64,000 nt of DNA from Nitrospirota bacterium (GTDB lineage: Bacteria > Nitrospirota > UBA9217), in NCBI GenBank assembly GCA_963790205.1, contig CAWBNQ010000003.1:512001-576000 (forward strand), in the 5' to 3' direction. The notes below the pieces were generated by a model. The model had not been told where the DNA came from and did no database searches. It saw only the letters and a program-made list of their open reading frames with translations. Numbering within the stretch: position 1 is the first letter of the stretch; every line of letters begins with the position of its first letter. Below, one piece after another: positions 29,901-39,901 of this stretch. The position numbers and the translations under genes were made by a program.

Positions 29901-32900
29901 AGCATCGAGCCGTTGGCCGTGGTGTCCAGGTCCGTGGGGCCCAGGACATTGGGCCCCGTAAGGGACGCCTGCACCGGGAGTTTCTCATTTCCAATGACGC
30001 CGATATTCCGCAGGCTGTACGATTCGCTTCCCGTACTGTCCTTGCTGTGGTTGGTGCTTAACCGGGGGGATGCGTTCGCCCCCGAGAGCGTCTGGTCCAC
30101 TCCGGCTGTCAGGGAACCGCCGGAGACAGTGACGAAGGCGTTGTTGGAATTCGTATTGCTGATGTCCCCGATGTCGTTCGTGTTGTCGTTGTTCATGTCG
30201 ATTACGGCAAAGGGCGTGTATGAGCCGTCAGGAATGCCGGCGATGCTGTAGGTTGCAGAAGTGCTTAAAAGGTTGGCAATCGGCGCGAAGAATACGCCGT
30301 TCGTGTCGCTGTAGACGCCAACGATCATGTTTTTCCCGTCTGCCGCAGCCGGGTAATAAACAGTACCCGAGATGCCGTTCAATCCCGCGGTCGCGCCGAT
30401 GGTCGCCGTGGCTTCGGAGGACAACGAGCTTTCGGCCCCGCCCAGGACCGCTGTTATGGCGAAGTGATACACTTGCGTGTTCGTGAGCGCGCTCACGATC
30501 GCCATGGCGTCCCCGGCGCCGTTTGCTGTTACGGTCATATGGGAGCTCAACGTAGTGACAGGGTTCGTGTCGTAATAGACGTTGAAATGATCGGCAAGCA
30601 GCTTGCCGTTATTGTCCATGGGCGGCTTCCACATGATAAAGGCGGTCGCATTCCCCGGAAATGCCTTGATGTTCGCCGGCGCGGACGGTGTCGGCAAAGA
30701 CACCGGATCGGCCATGGTAATGGTCTGGCCGGTGATGTCCGCATTGCTGATATTGACGGACGATATGCTGCCCGTGGGAGACGATACGAGCTGCGCGCCG
30801 GTTTCAGGACTGCTCGTGTCCATCCAGGCGGCAAGCGAATAATTCCCCGGAGGAACGCCGCGTATCGTGAATGTCTGTGATGAAACGATACTGGGCCACG
30901 GGATGCTCGTTCCGAGGCCGGTGGACCAGCCGCCGTTATTGCCCACGCTGACATAGACCCTGCCCGTTTGAGTGCCGGAGGGATAGCTTACGATCCCGGA
31001 CAGGGCGAACGTAACGCGCGCGCCGAAGTTCTGGTTCGGCTGGTCCGCATTGCTCATTGTCACCGGCAGACTCGTGGGATAGAACTTTGCGTTCGTTCCC
31101 GCGAAGCTCGGAGTAAGCGTGTATGTGGCGTCCGGAATATTGGAGAGAGAGAAATTTCCATTGCCGTCCGTAACGACGGTTGTTGTCGGCGAAGTATCGA
31201 GCGTCAGGAGCACGCCCTGAAGCCCCAGGCCTCCGCTGAGGCCGAGGACATTCACGGTCCCGGAAAGGGTATGGCCCGATCCGGCAGCGGTGGAGAAGTT
31301 GACGCCGATAATATCGGAGCCACCGATTGCTTGAACGCTATTTGCCGGAGTGAACGAATAGTTCGTTTTCGAGGTCGTTATGGTGTAGGTATACCCGCTC
31401 AGGAGGCCCGCTATGGTGTAATTACCATTGGCATCGGTAGTCGTCGAGCTGCCGAACGTGCCGGCCGCTGTTACGGTTACGCCCGGGAATCCTATGCCGC
31501 CAAACGTCACCTGGCCCGAGATTCTCTGCGTGATAAGCGGCGTTTCCGTGAAGTTAACGACAAGGTCCGTGTCCGTGATCGTGACCGGCTGGCTAACCGA
31601 CGGGCTGAATGTGTACGTTGCAAGAGAGGCGATCACCGAGTATGTGCCGGGGGCCTGATCGGGGAAGCTGTACAAGCCGCCACCGCTTGTGGTGGTCGTG
31701 GCCAATGTTACTATTCCGGCGCTGTCCATCAAATTCACCGTGACCCCGTCGGGGACTGCGCCGCTGATCGTGCCCGAGATGTTGAAGATTGCGCCTCCGG
31801 AAGTATAGGTCGTCTGATACGTCGCGCTGTTCCCGGCCGTATCATTCACGGTGATCTGCCAGTTATAGGCCGTATCGGGCGAAATGGTGGAAGTTGCCCT
31901 GCTGTCCACGTTGAATTGGACCGAGGTCTGAGAGCCCGGCATGTCCACGCCGCTGTTCGGATAGTTCCACAACTGGCCGGCGTTGTTCTGGTTTACCTGG
32001 AGGGTATAGGTATAGGTTGGCGTGGGCGAAGAGGCAGGCGCCGACCAGTTGAACGTGGGCACGACAGCGCTCGGGACCGGATCGACGGTCATGTTCTGCG
32101 CGAAGCTGTCGAGCACGGCCGTCACCGGCGTGATCAGTGTCTCCGTGGTGTTGTCGGCATAGGTGACCGCAAAAGTGTAAGTGTCTCCCGCGGAGGGCCT
32201 GAAGGGACCGGTGCCGATATAAGAAGAGAATGTCCCGGGGTTGCCGTTTCCATCCCGTCCTATGTCCATCGGAACCGGGACATTCGGACCCGAGAGGAGG
32301 GTAAGCTTTACCGGAAGCTTCTTCTGTCTGGTGGCCCCTAGCAGGAGAGTGTACCTGTCCTTCGTCCCATCAGTAGAATGGTTTGTGCCGGCCGCGGTCA
32401 GGGAATTGGCAGCCAAAAGAGCGATGTCCTGCGTCGCGTCGGCATTGTTTATCGTGACCGGTATTTTCGCAGCGCCGTCGATCCCTATGCTCATGGCGCC
32501 GACATTCAGGTAATCGTTTTGGAGCAAGTCGACGAAAGCAAAGGCCTGATAATTGCCGTTCGGAATTCCCGTTATGGTATAGGTGTAGCTCTGGGAACTT
32601 GCCAGCGTTTCGAGCGGGGTGAAATAAATGCCGCTGTCGCCGTATACCCCGACATACAGCGGCTTGGAGTCCGGGACCGGCGCCGGCAGGGTGATCGTGC
32701 CGGATACGCTGAAGGTCGTGCTGTTGTCCGTTGCGGCGGCGCCTATGGTTACGGGACCGACAACAGCGGACGCCGGGCTTTTAAAAGCTCTATCCACAGC
32801 CGAGATCTGATAATAGAGCTGGGCGCCATCGCTAAGTCCTGTCTGGATAAAGACCTGCTGTCCGTAGGCGGGGACGGTGATGGTTGAACTAGTCACAAGA

Positions 32901-35554
32901 GTCGAGTCCGTCCCCCAAGAGATTAGGTACGAATCCGCCATTTCTTTCTGATCAACGTACCGATTGGTGTTAATCGAATAATCGCCTTGCCACGTGATCA
33001 GCGCGGACGATTCGCCCGGGAACACCGCGAGTCCCTGCGGAGTTGGCGGAGCACTTGGAGCGCCCGGGTCGTACAGCGGGACAGTCTGGTTGATCAGATT
33101 CCCCGAGGTAACATTAACTTGAAGAGCGTGTAGATCGGTGGTATTCGGTTCATCCACATTCTTGGTTCCCCATCCGAGATTGTCCATCCTTGCAGTAAGT
33201 CTATACGTTCCCGGAGGAACGCCGTGGATCATGAACGTTCCGGGCGCAGCGATGCTCGTTGAAAGCCTAGTGGATCCGTCCAAGCTCACAACGCCGACGT
33301 AGATCCGTCCCTTCTTGGTCCCTTTGTAGCTCACGCTGCCGGAGACGTTGTACGCTATCTGAGCGCCAAAGTCCTGGGAGGCGCCCCCTCCGTTCACCGT
33401 TGTCAATGCGTTCGGCGGATAGAAGGCGGTGCTCGCACCCGCAAGCGACGGCGTCAGGGTATACGTGCCGTTCGGCACGCCCGTAAACTGATAAAAACCG
33501 TTCGTATCGGTCTTGGTCGTTTTTATGGGAGAGGAGTTGAGCGTCACCGTCATGCTCGGCAGCGGGAAGGTGGACGTGCCGGCGGAAAGGATATGGCCGG
33601 AGATCGTGAACGGGGCCCCCGTGGCAGTGGCAGCAAAGTTGACGCCGGTCAGGTTTGCTCCAGCGATGGTCTTGAGCGGGACCGCTGAGAAGAAATATCC
33701 CGCTGCGCCCGCGGAAAGCGTGTAAGTCCCGTTCTTGAGTCCCTTGATCGTGTAATTGCCCAGGGCATCGGTGGCTACCGTTGCCGGTAATGTCAGGGAC
33801 GCGCCGCTTACCGTGATGACTGTCCCGGCCAGGCCGATCGTGTTGAAGGTCGCCTTGCCCGAGATGCTGAAAGTTGTTCCGCTGCTTGTTGCTGATGCAA
33901 AGTTCACTCCGGTGGTGTCGGCGTTGACGAAACCGGCGCTGCTCAGAGGACTAAACGTATACCCCGTCTTTGCGGGTGTCACGGTGTAAAAGCCGGTGGG
34001 CAGATTTGCAAAGGAGTAGTTGCCGCCGCCATCGGTCATGACCGTGCCGCCGGTCGTGCCGGTAAGGGTCATCAAAACGTTGGTGCCGGTCGCGCCGCTC
34101 ACCGTGCCCGACAGGGTGTGCGCGGTCTCCGTGTATCCTGTGGCCGCAAAATTGGCCGTTGTAAAATTCGCTGTCGTGAGCGCTACATCGGTGACTGCGG
34201 GCTTGAATGCAAAAAGGCTCTTGGCCGCTGAAACCGTGTAGTTTCCCGGCAGGAGGTTCTTAAAAGTATACTTGCCGTTGATGTCGGTGACGATTGTGCC
34301 GGTATCGGCCCCGCCCAGGCTCATGGTGACGCCGGAGAGGGACTTGGCGTTCAGGGTCGCGACGCCGGAGATGGAGAAGAACGGCAGGATCGTGAAATTG
34401 GCGTCGCTCATGTCGGTGGCTATGATCGTGCCGGAGATATTCTTAATGTCCACTTTGACCTTGCACGCGGTCTTGAGGGCCGTCTGCGCGGGCACGGTCC
34501 AGGAATAAGTATAGGCATTAACACTCTGGGTCGGGGCGCTGCTTAAGGGACCCGTTGTGATTACGGTCCAACTGCTTCCGCCGTTTGTCGTGAATGATAC
34601 CGTGGCATTTTTCGCCGCGCTGTTCGAACCGTACATGGTGTAACCGATGGTCGCGGGGTTGGCCTTGGGGTTTACGATCTCCCCGCCATTCGGCGAGGTG
34701 ACCTTGAGCGCCTGGATGGTGAAGGGCGAGGCTGATATTGCGGTGCCCACGATCGCACCCAGGCCGTTGGAGGCCACGACCTTGATCTTTGCAGTGGCAA
34801 CATTGCCGGCCGGCGGCACGGGCACGGTCCATGAATAGTTCATGGTGAAACCCAGACCCGGCAGATTGCCGCCGCCCGGGATCGGCAGCCATGTTGTGCC
34901 GTTGTTCAAGGAGTAGAACAGGTTGTAGTTTTCAGCCGCAGCGGGCGCGTTCCAGGTGATGCCTGCCGTTGAACCGGCCCGGAGAACGTCTCCCGCATGG
35001 GGCGCTGTGATAGCGAGCGCGGTGTTCGGGCTCACCACGACCTTGTCGAGCCAGGCCGCGTCGCTGCCTTTGGTGATCGTCGCGTTCTTGGCGTATTTCC
35101 ATACGAGCGTATGGGTCCCGGCCGGAAGTGTGAACATTTTCTGCTGCCAGTTCACCGTGCCGCTTATCGTGCTCTTGAGGGAGCTGTCGAGGGAAAACGT
35201 TAAAGTGTCATAAGCAGGTTCGGAGGAGACTTGCTGGTAGAAGGAGAGGGATGCCGGTCCGGTCACGGTCGTCATGATCGAAGAATACATGCTGTTGCCG
35301 ATCGGACCGCTTTGGGCCGCCATGGCATTCGAGCCGCCGGGGTACCACGTCGCGGTCTCTGCGGACCAGAGTCCGGAGGCGGTCGAACTGGACGAAGAGA
35401 ACAACAGCGGCGTAATGCCGTCGGTCTGCATGGGATTGTCCAGCGCGTCCGCGAGTGGGTCCGCAGTAGCGCAGGTGATGACAGGAGAAATAAGGCAGGT
35501 CATGATCAGAAATGAAAACAGTGCAGCAAGCTTCCAACTATTCATGCGCGACAT
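26936..35554 (-). CDS. Giant (2872 aa) secreted surface protein with carboxypeptidase-regulatory/CnaB-like and FN3 repeats
   Basis: Signal peptide; T/S/G-rich; repeated 'ISG.V.......GV...L.....TTD.NG.Y.F.....G.YT.TP' domains; three large related modules. Confidence 0.88.
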   Translation of the reverse strand: MSRMNSWKLAALFSFLIMTCLISPVITCATADPLADALDNPMQTDGITPLLFSSSSSTASGLWSAETATWYPGGSNAMAAQSGPIGNSMYSSIMTTVTGPASLSFYQQVSSEPAYDTLTFSLDSSLKSTISGTVNWQQKMFTLPAGTHTLVWKYAKNATITKGSDAAWLDKVVVSPNTALAITAPHAGDVLRAGSTAGITWNAPAAAENYNLFYSLNNGTTWLPIPGGGNLPGLGFTMNYSWTVPVPPAGNVATAKIKVVASNGLGAIVGTAISASPFTIQALKVTSPNGGEIVNPKANPATIGYTMYGSNSAAKNATVSFTTNGGSSWTVITTGPLSSAPTQSVNAYTYSWTVPAQTALKTACKVKVDIKNISGTIIATDMSDANFTILPFFSISGVATLNAKSLSGVTMSLGGADTGTIVTDINGKYTFKNLLPGNYTVSAAKSLFAFKPAVTDVALTTANFTTANFAATGYTETAHTLSGTVSGATGTNVLMTLTGTTGGTVMTDGGGNYSFANLPTGFYTVTPAKTGYTFSPLSSAGFVNADTTGVNFASATSSGTTFSISGKATFNTIGLAGTVITVSGASLTLPATVATDALGNYTIKGLKNGTYTLSAGAAGYFFSAVPLKTIAGANLTGVNFAATATGAPFTISGHILSAGTSTFPLPSMTVTLNSSPIKTTKTDTNGFYQFTGVPNGTYTLTPSLAGASTAFYPPNALTTVNGGGASQDFGAQIAYNVSGSVSYKGTKKGRIYVGVVSLDGSTRLSTSIAAPGTFMIHGVPPGTYRLTARMDNLGWGTKNVDEPNTTDLHALQVNVTSGNLINQTVPLYDPGAPSAPPTPQGLAVFPGESSALITWQGDYSINTNRYVDQKEMADSYLISWGTDSTLVTSSTITVPAYGQQVFIQTGLSDGAQLYYQISAVDRAFKSPASAVVGPVTIGAAATDNSTTFSVSGTITLPAPVPDSKPLYVGVYGDSGIYFTPLETLASSQSYTYTITGIPNGNYQAFAFVDLLQNDYLNVGAMSIGIDGAAKIPVTINNADATQDIALLAANSLTAAGTNHSTDGTKDRYTLLLGATRQKKLPVKLTLLSGPNVPVPMDIGRDGNGNPGTFSSYIGTGPFRPSAGDTYTFAVTYADNTTETLITPVTAVLDSFAQNMTVDPVPSAVVPTFNWSAPASSPTPTYTYTLQVNQNNAGQLWNYPNSGVDMPGSQTSVQFNVDSRATSTISPDTAYNWQITVNDTAGNSATYQTTYTSGGAIFNISGTISGAVPDGVTVNLMDSAGIVTLATTTTSGGGLYSFPDQAPGTYSVIASLATYTFSPSVSQPVTITDTDLVVNFTETPLITQRISGQVTFGGIGFPGVTVTAAGTFGSSTTTDANGNYTIAGLLSGYTYTITTSKTNYSFTPANSVQAIGGSDIIGVNFSTAAGSGHTLSGTVNVLGLSGGLGLQGVLLTLDTSPTTTVVTDGNGNFSLSNIPDATYTLTPSFAGTNAKFYPTSLPVTMSNADQPNQNFGARVTFALSGIVSYPSGTQTGRVYVSVGNNGGWSTGLGTSIPWPSIVSSQTFTIRGVPPGNYSLAAWMDTSSPETGAQLVSSPTGSISSVNISNADITGQTITMADPVSLPTPSAPANIKAFPGNATAFIMWKPPMDNNGKLLADHFNVYYDTNPVTTLSSHMTVTANGAGDAMAIVSALTNTQVYHFAITAVLGGAESSLSSEATATIGATAGLNGISGTVYYPAAADGKNMIVGVYSDTNGVFFAPIANLLSTSATYSIAGIPDGSYTPFAVIDMNNDNTNDIGDISNTNSNNAFVTVSGGSLTAGVDQTLSGANASPRLSTNHSKDSTGSESYSLRNIGVIGNEKLPVQASLTGPNVLGPTDLDTTANGSMLFIDFGTDRPSPGDNYSFSVSYSDASSETLASAVTAVLDSFAQTLTVTPVPNDGTPTFSWTAPVSPPANAAYSLSVFQDMGGTVWEYPQDGVFSQTTVTYNTDGKANPASLAGGTAYGWMVSVADANNNTATLEAPFYTPGSSIFTLSGTVGGAIADGVTMNLSGDLVTSTTTTNGGHYSFTNLSPGSYTVTPSKYGYTFSTGTSQPVTITSTDPAALDFTASVIPTYHISGTVSGAIADGVTVNLSGDLVTSTTTTNGGQYSFSNIADGTYSVVASLATYTFSPTSIPVTISGADSIGNNFTGSPLPTYGISGQVTFNGIGFPGVTVTATGGAGGITTTDANGNYAIPNLLSGQTYTITASETGYTFSSPSAQFLSADITGVNFIAATGTGYNISGTVYLNTFGGSTWLPGVLLSLDTSPTVTAMTDVSGNYTISNIPNGNYTLTPSLAGAESAFYPASILLTVNNGGINENFSANVFYTVSGIVSSSSGSTGRVYVVLQMNGGGTTGLGTSIPDLASSPTFTIRGVPPGDYSLAAWMDTSSPETGVINAASPLGGTAGFSVTNADVISPDIVISDPTPTSPLPAPQSVKVTGRGSNTALIKWKPAVDTNGNQFSDHYNIYYATGTVSKSSSKLTVPATSDNSGHVFVSGLTNASTYNFAVTASLNGQESVLSSPTSTTINATTGLNTVSGTISFPSSTLTTGKTMYVILDSKTNGTEHIFFTPVTLPSTSPASYSIAGVPNGTYTPIAVIDMNGDGAIDLGDIGNTNGNNSSVTVSGNLSGVNQTLSGANAFANVSTSHFKDYNSNESYSLQQIQVSGNVKLPVAATLTSGPNTPVPLDLEAGQQGYLYINLGSVRPTVGDSYAFAVAYSDGTSETLNATVTAVLDNFATNLNATNVDTPTFTWTAPSPLPTNFNSYNIFVGQNNGGFVWNYPQNGTLTTTSVLYNVDGSASQSALSTGVTYQWQIGVNDLNGNSATIEAPLFTAP

Positions 35555-35816
35555 GGAGACCCCCTGAAGTGAGAGAAAGTATGGCGAGTAATGCCAAGGA
35601 AGTGACTTGCCGGGAAACGTTCATGGATATTGCGCGATTTTCGATTATGACGGTATAACGCGGCTGCACACATTTTTTTGTATATCATTTTTTATTTATT
35701 TGCTGCTAAAGAATGACGGCAATGTAACTCTCTCCTGATCGTTTGTAAATAGAAATCTTGCATCGCAGACCCAAGAGACAAATATGTTTAAATTTTGGGC
35801 GTTCCAATTTTAAACA

Positions 35817-35990
35817 GCGATCCTGGCGTTCTTTTACTGCGGACTCCACAACGGATTCTTTCCCATCTCGTTGAAAGGTCGCCGATATCTTGTCGCTGGA
35901 CTTCAAGGTCTTTAAAAAATCTGAAAGATCCTTCAGATATAAAGTATAAAGCCAAGTTTGAACCAGCCCTTTCACCGGCAGTCCGCCTTG
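35817..35990 (-). pseudogene. Degraded PDZ-domain remnant paralogous to the 3' end of the peptidase at 41371-44760
   Basis: LKDLSDFLKTLKSSDKISATFQRDGKESVVESAVKER vs LKDFSDILKTLKPCDKVLVTFSRDGKDKAVETEVRGR. Confidence 0.65.
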
Positions 35991-36084
35991 GGATACTAAA
36001 TACTATCCTATTATGAATATGTGATATGTCTGTCTTTGCCAGTGTTCTCGTGGCTGGTAAAAGGCGGGCATGCTCGCAAGACGC

Positions 36085-37779
36085 TCAGCGAACGATTTTT
36101 GTCTTTTCTTCAAGCTCCCTGATCCTGCCGGGCATGGCTGGAGATACTTCAGGGGAAAGAGTCATATATAAGCGGTAATAGGCGAGTGCTTGCACAAAGT
36201 CACCTCTCTTTTCCATCACCATTCCGATATTGTAATAGGGCATCGGATTCGCCGGATCTTTTTCAATTGCTGTTCTCCATGCGGAGACTGCCTTCTCGTC
36301 ATTCCCTTTAAGGAAATACACATTGCCGAGATTACAATGGGCGTCTACAAAACGGGGATTGATCTCGACCGCTTTCTCGTACAACGCAATGGCTTCGTCG
36401 TACCTTCCCATTGAAGCATAGAGGCCGGCCAGTGAATAGGGGGCCAGAGAAAAAAAAGGGGCGGATTCAATCGTTCTCTCGTACAATGCAATGGCTTGGT
36501 CATACCTCCCGTTTGAAGCAGAGAGGCCGGCCAGCGCATAGGTGACCGGATAAAAGCGGGGGGCAAATTCTACCGCCTTGTTGAAATAGGCGGCGTCATT
36601 TTTCCAGTAACGGGTGCGCGAGAAAGTGATCCCCGCGTGAATGATGATTAAGCAGGAGACGGCTGCGACGGCTGCACGGCGGTATTTCACAGCATCAAGA
36701 GCGAGTAGCGCAATAAGCGTGCAGAATCCAAAGGATGCAAGATTCAACAGCTTGTCAGCCATGAGGTATTCACCCAGACGGCCAATATTGAAGGTTACGG
36801 ATATCCAGACAAAAAACCAGAGATACCAGAAAAGATATTCTCTTTTTTTAAACCATAATAAAACCCCGAAAAACACCATCCCAAGAACGACAACGTAGGA
36901 AATCATCACTTCAGGGCTCACCCGGGAGAATAACTCGCTGGGATATATCGTAATGGGGGCATCGGGAAGAAAAAAAATCTTCACATATCGTTTAATGATG
37001 ACCGCAGTTGTATTGCACAGAGTAATCGGATCCAGGGCTGTCAAGGGGAGGGGGCCCACCACTGTTCTTCTTATGAAGAGAAATGCCGCGGCAATAGCAA
37101 AGAACGGCACTGTCCGGATGAATCTTCGCGCGTCGTTCTCTTTCCTGATGAAGAATTCATGGAGGACAATGATGACCGAAAGCAAAATCGCGCTTTCATG
37201 GCAAAAGAGGGCAAGAGCAAATCCTGCGTAAGAGAAGAAGTACCGCTTTTTGTGATACAGAAGAAGCGAAAGGAGAGACAGAAGAGCCGTTAATATATAG
37301 GAATCGGAATAGGCCCAGCTCACTGCCTCCACGCGGGCGGGATTTACCGCGTAGAGGAGCGCAGCAAGAAAAGCGGCTGTGCTATTGCCTGTAATCGCAT
37401 AGACAACAAAAAATCCGAGCACTACGGCCATTGCATTAAGAACAATATTGACCGCGTTATATCCGATCGGATTTGGACCGAAAACCTGGTATTCCAGGAG
37501 ATGGAGCGTCTTGGTAAGGGGACGATAGTATCTAAGGCTCTCCGTCGTCCTCACATCGATGGCGATATGTCGAAACATATCCTCGGAAAAATATTGAGGA
37601 AAATATTTAACGTCCCGAATGGAGGGGTCGTCCCGGAAGACGGTCGCCGCGTCCCATACGAAATCGTTTTGAATGGAATACGCGTACTGGAGCAATGCAA
37701 CCAAGGCTACGACGATTGCATACACGACTACTCGCTTATCAGCTCTTTCCGTTTCTTTTCCCATCATTGTAGCGATCAT
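36085..37779 (-). CDS. TMTC-like membrane glycosyltransferase (GT-C) with C-terminal TPR repeats
   Basis: 'NDFVWDA', 'YYRPL', 'EAVSW', many TM helices, TPR repeats. Confidence 0.85.
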   Translation of the reverse strand: MIATMMGKETERADKRVVVYAIVVALVALLQYAYSIQNDFVWDAATVFRDDPSIRDVKYFPQYFSEDMFRHIAIDVRTTESLRYYRPLTKTLHLLEYQVFGPNPIGYNAVNIVLNAMAVVLGFFVVYAITGNSTAAFLAALLYAVNPARVEAVSWAYSDSYILTALLSLLSLLLYHKKRYFFSYAGFALALFCHESAILLSVIIVLHEFFIRKENDARRFIRTVPFFAIAAAFLFIRRTVVGPLPLTALDPITLCNTTAVIIKRYVKIFFLPDAPITIYPSELFSRVSPEVMISYVVVLGMVFFGVLLWFKKREYLFWYLWFFVWISVTFNIGRLGEYLMADKLLNLASFGFCTLIALLALDAVKYRRAAVAAVSCLIIIHAGITFSRTRYWKNDAAYFNKAVEFAPRFYPVTYALAGLSASNGRYDQAIALYERTIESAPFFSLAPYSLAGLYASMGRYDEAIALYEKAVEINPRFVDAHCNLGNVYFLKGNDEKAVSAWRTAIEKDPANPMPYYNIGMVMEKRGDFVQALAYYRLYMTLSPEVSPAMPGRIRELEEKTKIVR

Positions 37780-37897
37780 GCAGCACCATGATCAATAAGA
37801 CATTCTTTGCAATTCAGCTATCGTACGAGCAAAATGCGTTGCGATCATTATCCGCACCATTTTGCGGATCATACGCAGGAAAACTGAGACGGTTGGT

Positions 37898-38689
37898 TTA
37901 CTTGGTCGCAACGAGAGCAATGTTCCATGCATAGCGTTTCACAAGAGGGGCCCGCTTCATGCATGCATCGTATTTTTCCAGCCGGAGATACAGCGGCCGC
38001 AACCGTTCTTCCTCGTAAATGATCTTTTTCCAGTAACGCTCTTTGTTCGGGTCAATACGTTCTATAAAGTAGAATTGAACAAATATCCACAACGTACAGA
38101 ACCAAAAAGTATCGTATTCGACATGTGAGAATAAGTTTCTCGCGACCTTGATAATATTGTAGTCAAGGGGCCTTTCATCCTCGCTCCGAACGTCCTTTGC
38201 GATCCTGCGGTATACATTGATTATCGGATTATGTTTTAACGGGTCCCAGAAACATGCTTTGCCTCCGGGCTTCAGCACCCGGAGCATTTCACGCAGTGTC
38301 GCCACGGGGCTTACGTGGTGCAGCAGATTGGCTGCATAGACGATATCAAAGGAACAATCGGGAAAATCAATGTTCATGGCGTTCATCACGTGCCCGTGGA
38401 CTTTTACGCCATACCGTTCGGCAAGTCTGAGGGCAATCCGTACCATGCCCGACGACAAGTCGGCTGCGACACACTCCGCGCCTTTCAGAGCGAAGTACAC
38501 GCTGCTCTCTCCCGCCCCGCAACCGAGATCAAGAATCCGTTTACCGTTCAGGTCCCCGAGCTTGCTTATAATGAACCGGTTTTCCGGACAGGTAGATCCC
38601 TCAAAATATTTTTCAACCTGAATCGATTCTACATCGATTTCCGACGACCATCGGTCATGATGCGCTTCTTCTCTCTCCAGGATTTTCAC
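37898..38689 (-). CDS. Class I SAM-dependent methyltransferase (start uncertain)
   Basis: 'ILDLGCGAG', 'FDIVYAANLLHH', 'RVLKPGG'. Confidence 0.88.
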   Translation of the reverse strand: MKILEREEAHHDRWSSEIDVESIQVEKYFEGSTCPENRFIISKLGDLNGKRILDLGCGAGESSVYFALKGAECVAADLSSGMVRIALRLAERYGVKVHGHVMNAMNIDFPDCSFDIVYAANLLHHVSPVATLREMLRVLKPGGKACFWDPLKHNPIINVYRRIAKDVRSEDERPLDYNIIKVARNLFSHVEYDTFWFCTLWIFVQFYFIERIDPNKERYWKKIIYEEERLRPLYLRLEKYDACMKRAPLVKRYAWNIALVATK

Positions 38690-38732
38690 GGGAATAGCGC
38701 TCTCGCTTTGTATGTCCCATTTGACATTCTTG

Positions 38733-39731
38733 TCATTGGCCCAGGATGTTGCCTGATAAGTCCACTTCCCTGATCGATTTGACTCCTTCATCAAAATTGA
38801 TATTTCTCGCATCGGAGAGCCAGTAGATCGGCCGCCGCTGTCCTTGTTCGAAAATGCGGCCGACATAAGAGGCGATGATGCCCAAACAAAAGATGATTAC
38901 TCCGGAGAAAAAGGTCAGGAGGATGATGATCGACGTCCACCCCTGCACCGTAATCTTAAAGATGAAATGGTCAACGAGCGCCTTGGCGAGATAGAGAAGG
39001 CTGATAAGCCACGAGAACACGGCAAACCAACTGATAACCTTAATAGGGGCCGATGAAAAACTCAGCACGGCATTTAATGCAAGTTTGAGCATTTTGCCGA
39101 ATGTATATTTTGTCGTTCCGGCGTACCGTGGATCGCGGTCATATTGCACGACACACTGCCGAAATCCGAGGGAGGCGAAGATGGCGCGCAGAAACCGGTG
39201 CTCCTCACGAAAACCTTGCACGGTCTTCAATACGGGCCGGGAAAAGGCCCTGAAATCACCGCTATTTTCAATTATATTGTCACCCGTCAGCCAGCGCATC
39301 AGCTTGTAGAAACCCCACGCCGTCGCAAGTTTAAACCCTGTTTCACCGCACCGGGTTCTCCTTTGCATATGAACGATTTGATATCCTTCCTGTATTTTCC
39401 CGATTATCTCCCTAAGTAGCTCCGGCGGGTCCTGCAAGTCGGCGTCTATGATGACAACTATGTCGCCATTCGAAAAATCCATTCCCGCCGTAATCGCGGC
39501 CTGGTGTCCCTGGTTTCTGGCGAAATGCAGGACCTTTACGCACCTGTCTTCGGTGGCAAGGGAGTTCAGAACCTCCGCAGTAGTGTCGAAGCTGCCGTCA
39601 TTGACGAACAGGAATTCGAACTCGTAGGCTGATAACTGCTTCGCCACGGCGGATACCCGCCTATAAAATTCCGGGAGTACTTCCGCTTCATTGAAGCAAG
39701 GCACAATGCACGAAATCTTCTTGAATACCAT
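38733..39731 (-). CDS. Glycosyltransferase family 2 (GtrB/YkcC-like polyprenol-phosphate glycosyltransferase)
   Basis: 'IVPCFNE', 'VNDGS', 'IDADLQDPPE', 'GDFR', two C-terminal TM helices. Confidence 0.93.
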   Translation of the reverse strand: MVFKKISCIVPCFNEAEVLPEFYRRVSAVAKQLSAYEFEFLFVNDGSFDTTAEVLNSLATEDRCVKVLHFARNQGHQAAITAGMDFSNGDIVVIIDADLQDPPELLREIIGKIQEGYQIVHMQRRTRCGETGFKLATAWGFYKLMRWLTGDNIIENSGDFRAFSRPVLKTVQGFREEHRFLRAIFASLGFRQCVVQYDRDPRYAGTTKYTFGKMLKLALNAVLSFSSAPIKVISWFAVFSWLISLLYLAKALVDHFIFKITVQGWTSIIILLTFFSGVIIFCLGIIASYVGRIFEQGQRRPIYWLSDARNINFDEGVKSIREVDLSGNILGQ

Positions 39732-39901
39732 TGGGCAACCCTTCCTATTACTAATTTTATTTCATCACGGGCGTGTGATACTTAACGGGAAATAAAGTCA
39801 GCCAGAAGGTCTCTGCGCCAGAAAATAAACTACCATACTTTCGCCCTGTTTGCAATCTCGTAATAAAACCCCAGTAATAAAAAGCGAATTGATTCAAAAT
39901 T

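Noticed and set aside
27002..35567. Many plus-strand ORFs opposite the giant gene, and similar antisense ORFs elsewhere
   Set aside because: Expected shadows of GC-rich coding sequence with no independent motifs.
35555..35705. Second riboswitch upstream of the giant surface protein
   Set aside because: No GEMM or other aptamer consensus and no terminator seen.
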